Below, in pieces: positions 63,553 through 64,000 of a stretch of 64,000 nt of DNA. The position numbers and the translations under genes are program-made. The notes under the pieces are model-generated. The model made no database searches, was not told the origin of the DNA, and saw only the letters and a program-made list of their open reading frames with translations. Source of the DNA: Epithemia pelagica (Eukaryota > Protista > Bacillariophyta); assembly GCA_946965045.2 (NCBI GenBank), contig OX337234.1:2356001-2420000 (forward strand). The letters are read 5' to 3'. Position 1 is the first letter of the stretch; each line of letters starts with the position of its first letter.

Positions 63553-64000
63553 CCATCGTCCGATACAGAAGATGAAGATGCCATTTTGGCCAAGGCCAAG
63601 GCGGCCGCACAAGCCGCTCAAAAACTAGAACAACAACAACACAAACCACGAACCTGGGTGGGAGGCTTGTTTCGTTCCAAGACAACACGCAAACCCTCGA
63701 TTGGGAGCAGCAGCAGTAACCACAACAACAACAACAATCACAGCAATCACAGTACGACCAGCAGTGGAAGCAACCCCCACCACAACAATTCATACAGTGT
63801 GTCTACCACCACGACTCCTGCTCCCAGTGTCCCTAGTTCCGTGTCCGCCAAACCATCACCCGTATCAGAACCAGAGCCATCTCGGACGACTTCCAAACAA
63901 GACGACGACCCGGACCACGATCACCACCCACCGGTTGATACTCCCGCCGCCGTGTCTCCACCACCACCATCCACCCAGCAAAAGGAGGAGGAAACAGAAA
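62338..64000 (+). CDS. 5' part of an S/T/A/P-rich low-complexity protein with repeated (S)GFSFL/SFGFL motifs, running off the window
   Basis: Frame from ATG TTT GGT GGT (MFGGLDIK) stayed open wherever I translated it, through to the window end. It has no stop, so it is absent from the ORF track. Confidence 0.8.

Overview
Gene-dense nuclear DNA from a eukaryote, almost certainly a pennate diatom. The evidence is short GT-AG introns with GTACGT/GTAAGT donors, many signal-peptide+F ('ASAFAP'-type) plastid presequences, and CoDi-type Ty1/copia elements. About 28 host genes or gene fragments are present, including a two-pore K+ channel, an ABHD4/5-like hydrolase, ALDH22, MYND, DUF2358, a BAG6-like UBL protein, a METTL21-like methyltransferase, a 3R-Myb, YccU, MEMO1, PP2C-cNMP, TcdA, a pheophytinase-like hydrolase, a trypsin-like protease, PrxQ, a GAT protein, SmG and a cluster of related plastid membrane proteins. 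There are two copia retrotransposons. One is the 3' end of a stop-inactivated copy (1-1488). The other is a complete, very young 7.08-kb copy (42294-49371) with identical 174-bp LTRs. The complete copy has three unusual features: (i) a tRNA-like RNA polymerase III unit (A box, B box, D and T arms at tRNA spacing, structured body, T7 terminator) directly behind the primer-binding site; (ii) a PBS that reads as the complement of a half tRNA-Ile(GAU) anticodon arm; (iii) gag and pol in one frame separated by a single TGA. A second unexplained locus (8245-8896) holds a 174-nt hairpin with four regularly spaced purine-rich internal loops, next to a long-TIR foldback element. No rRNA, canonical tRNA or CRISPR array was seen. 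All calls were made by eye from the sequence; no database searches were run.
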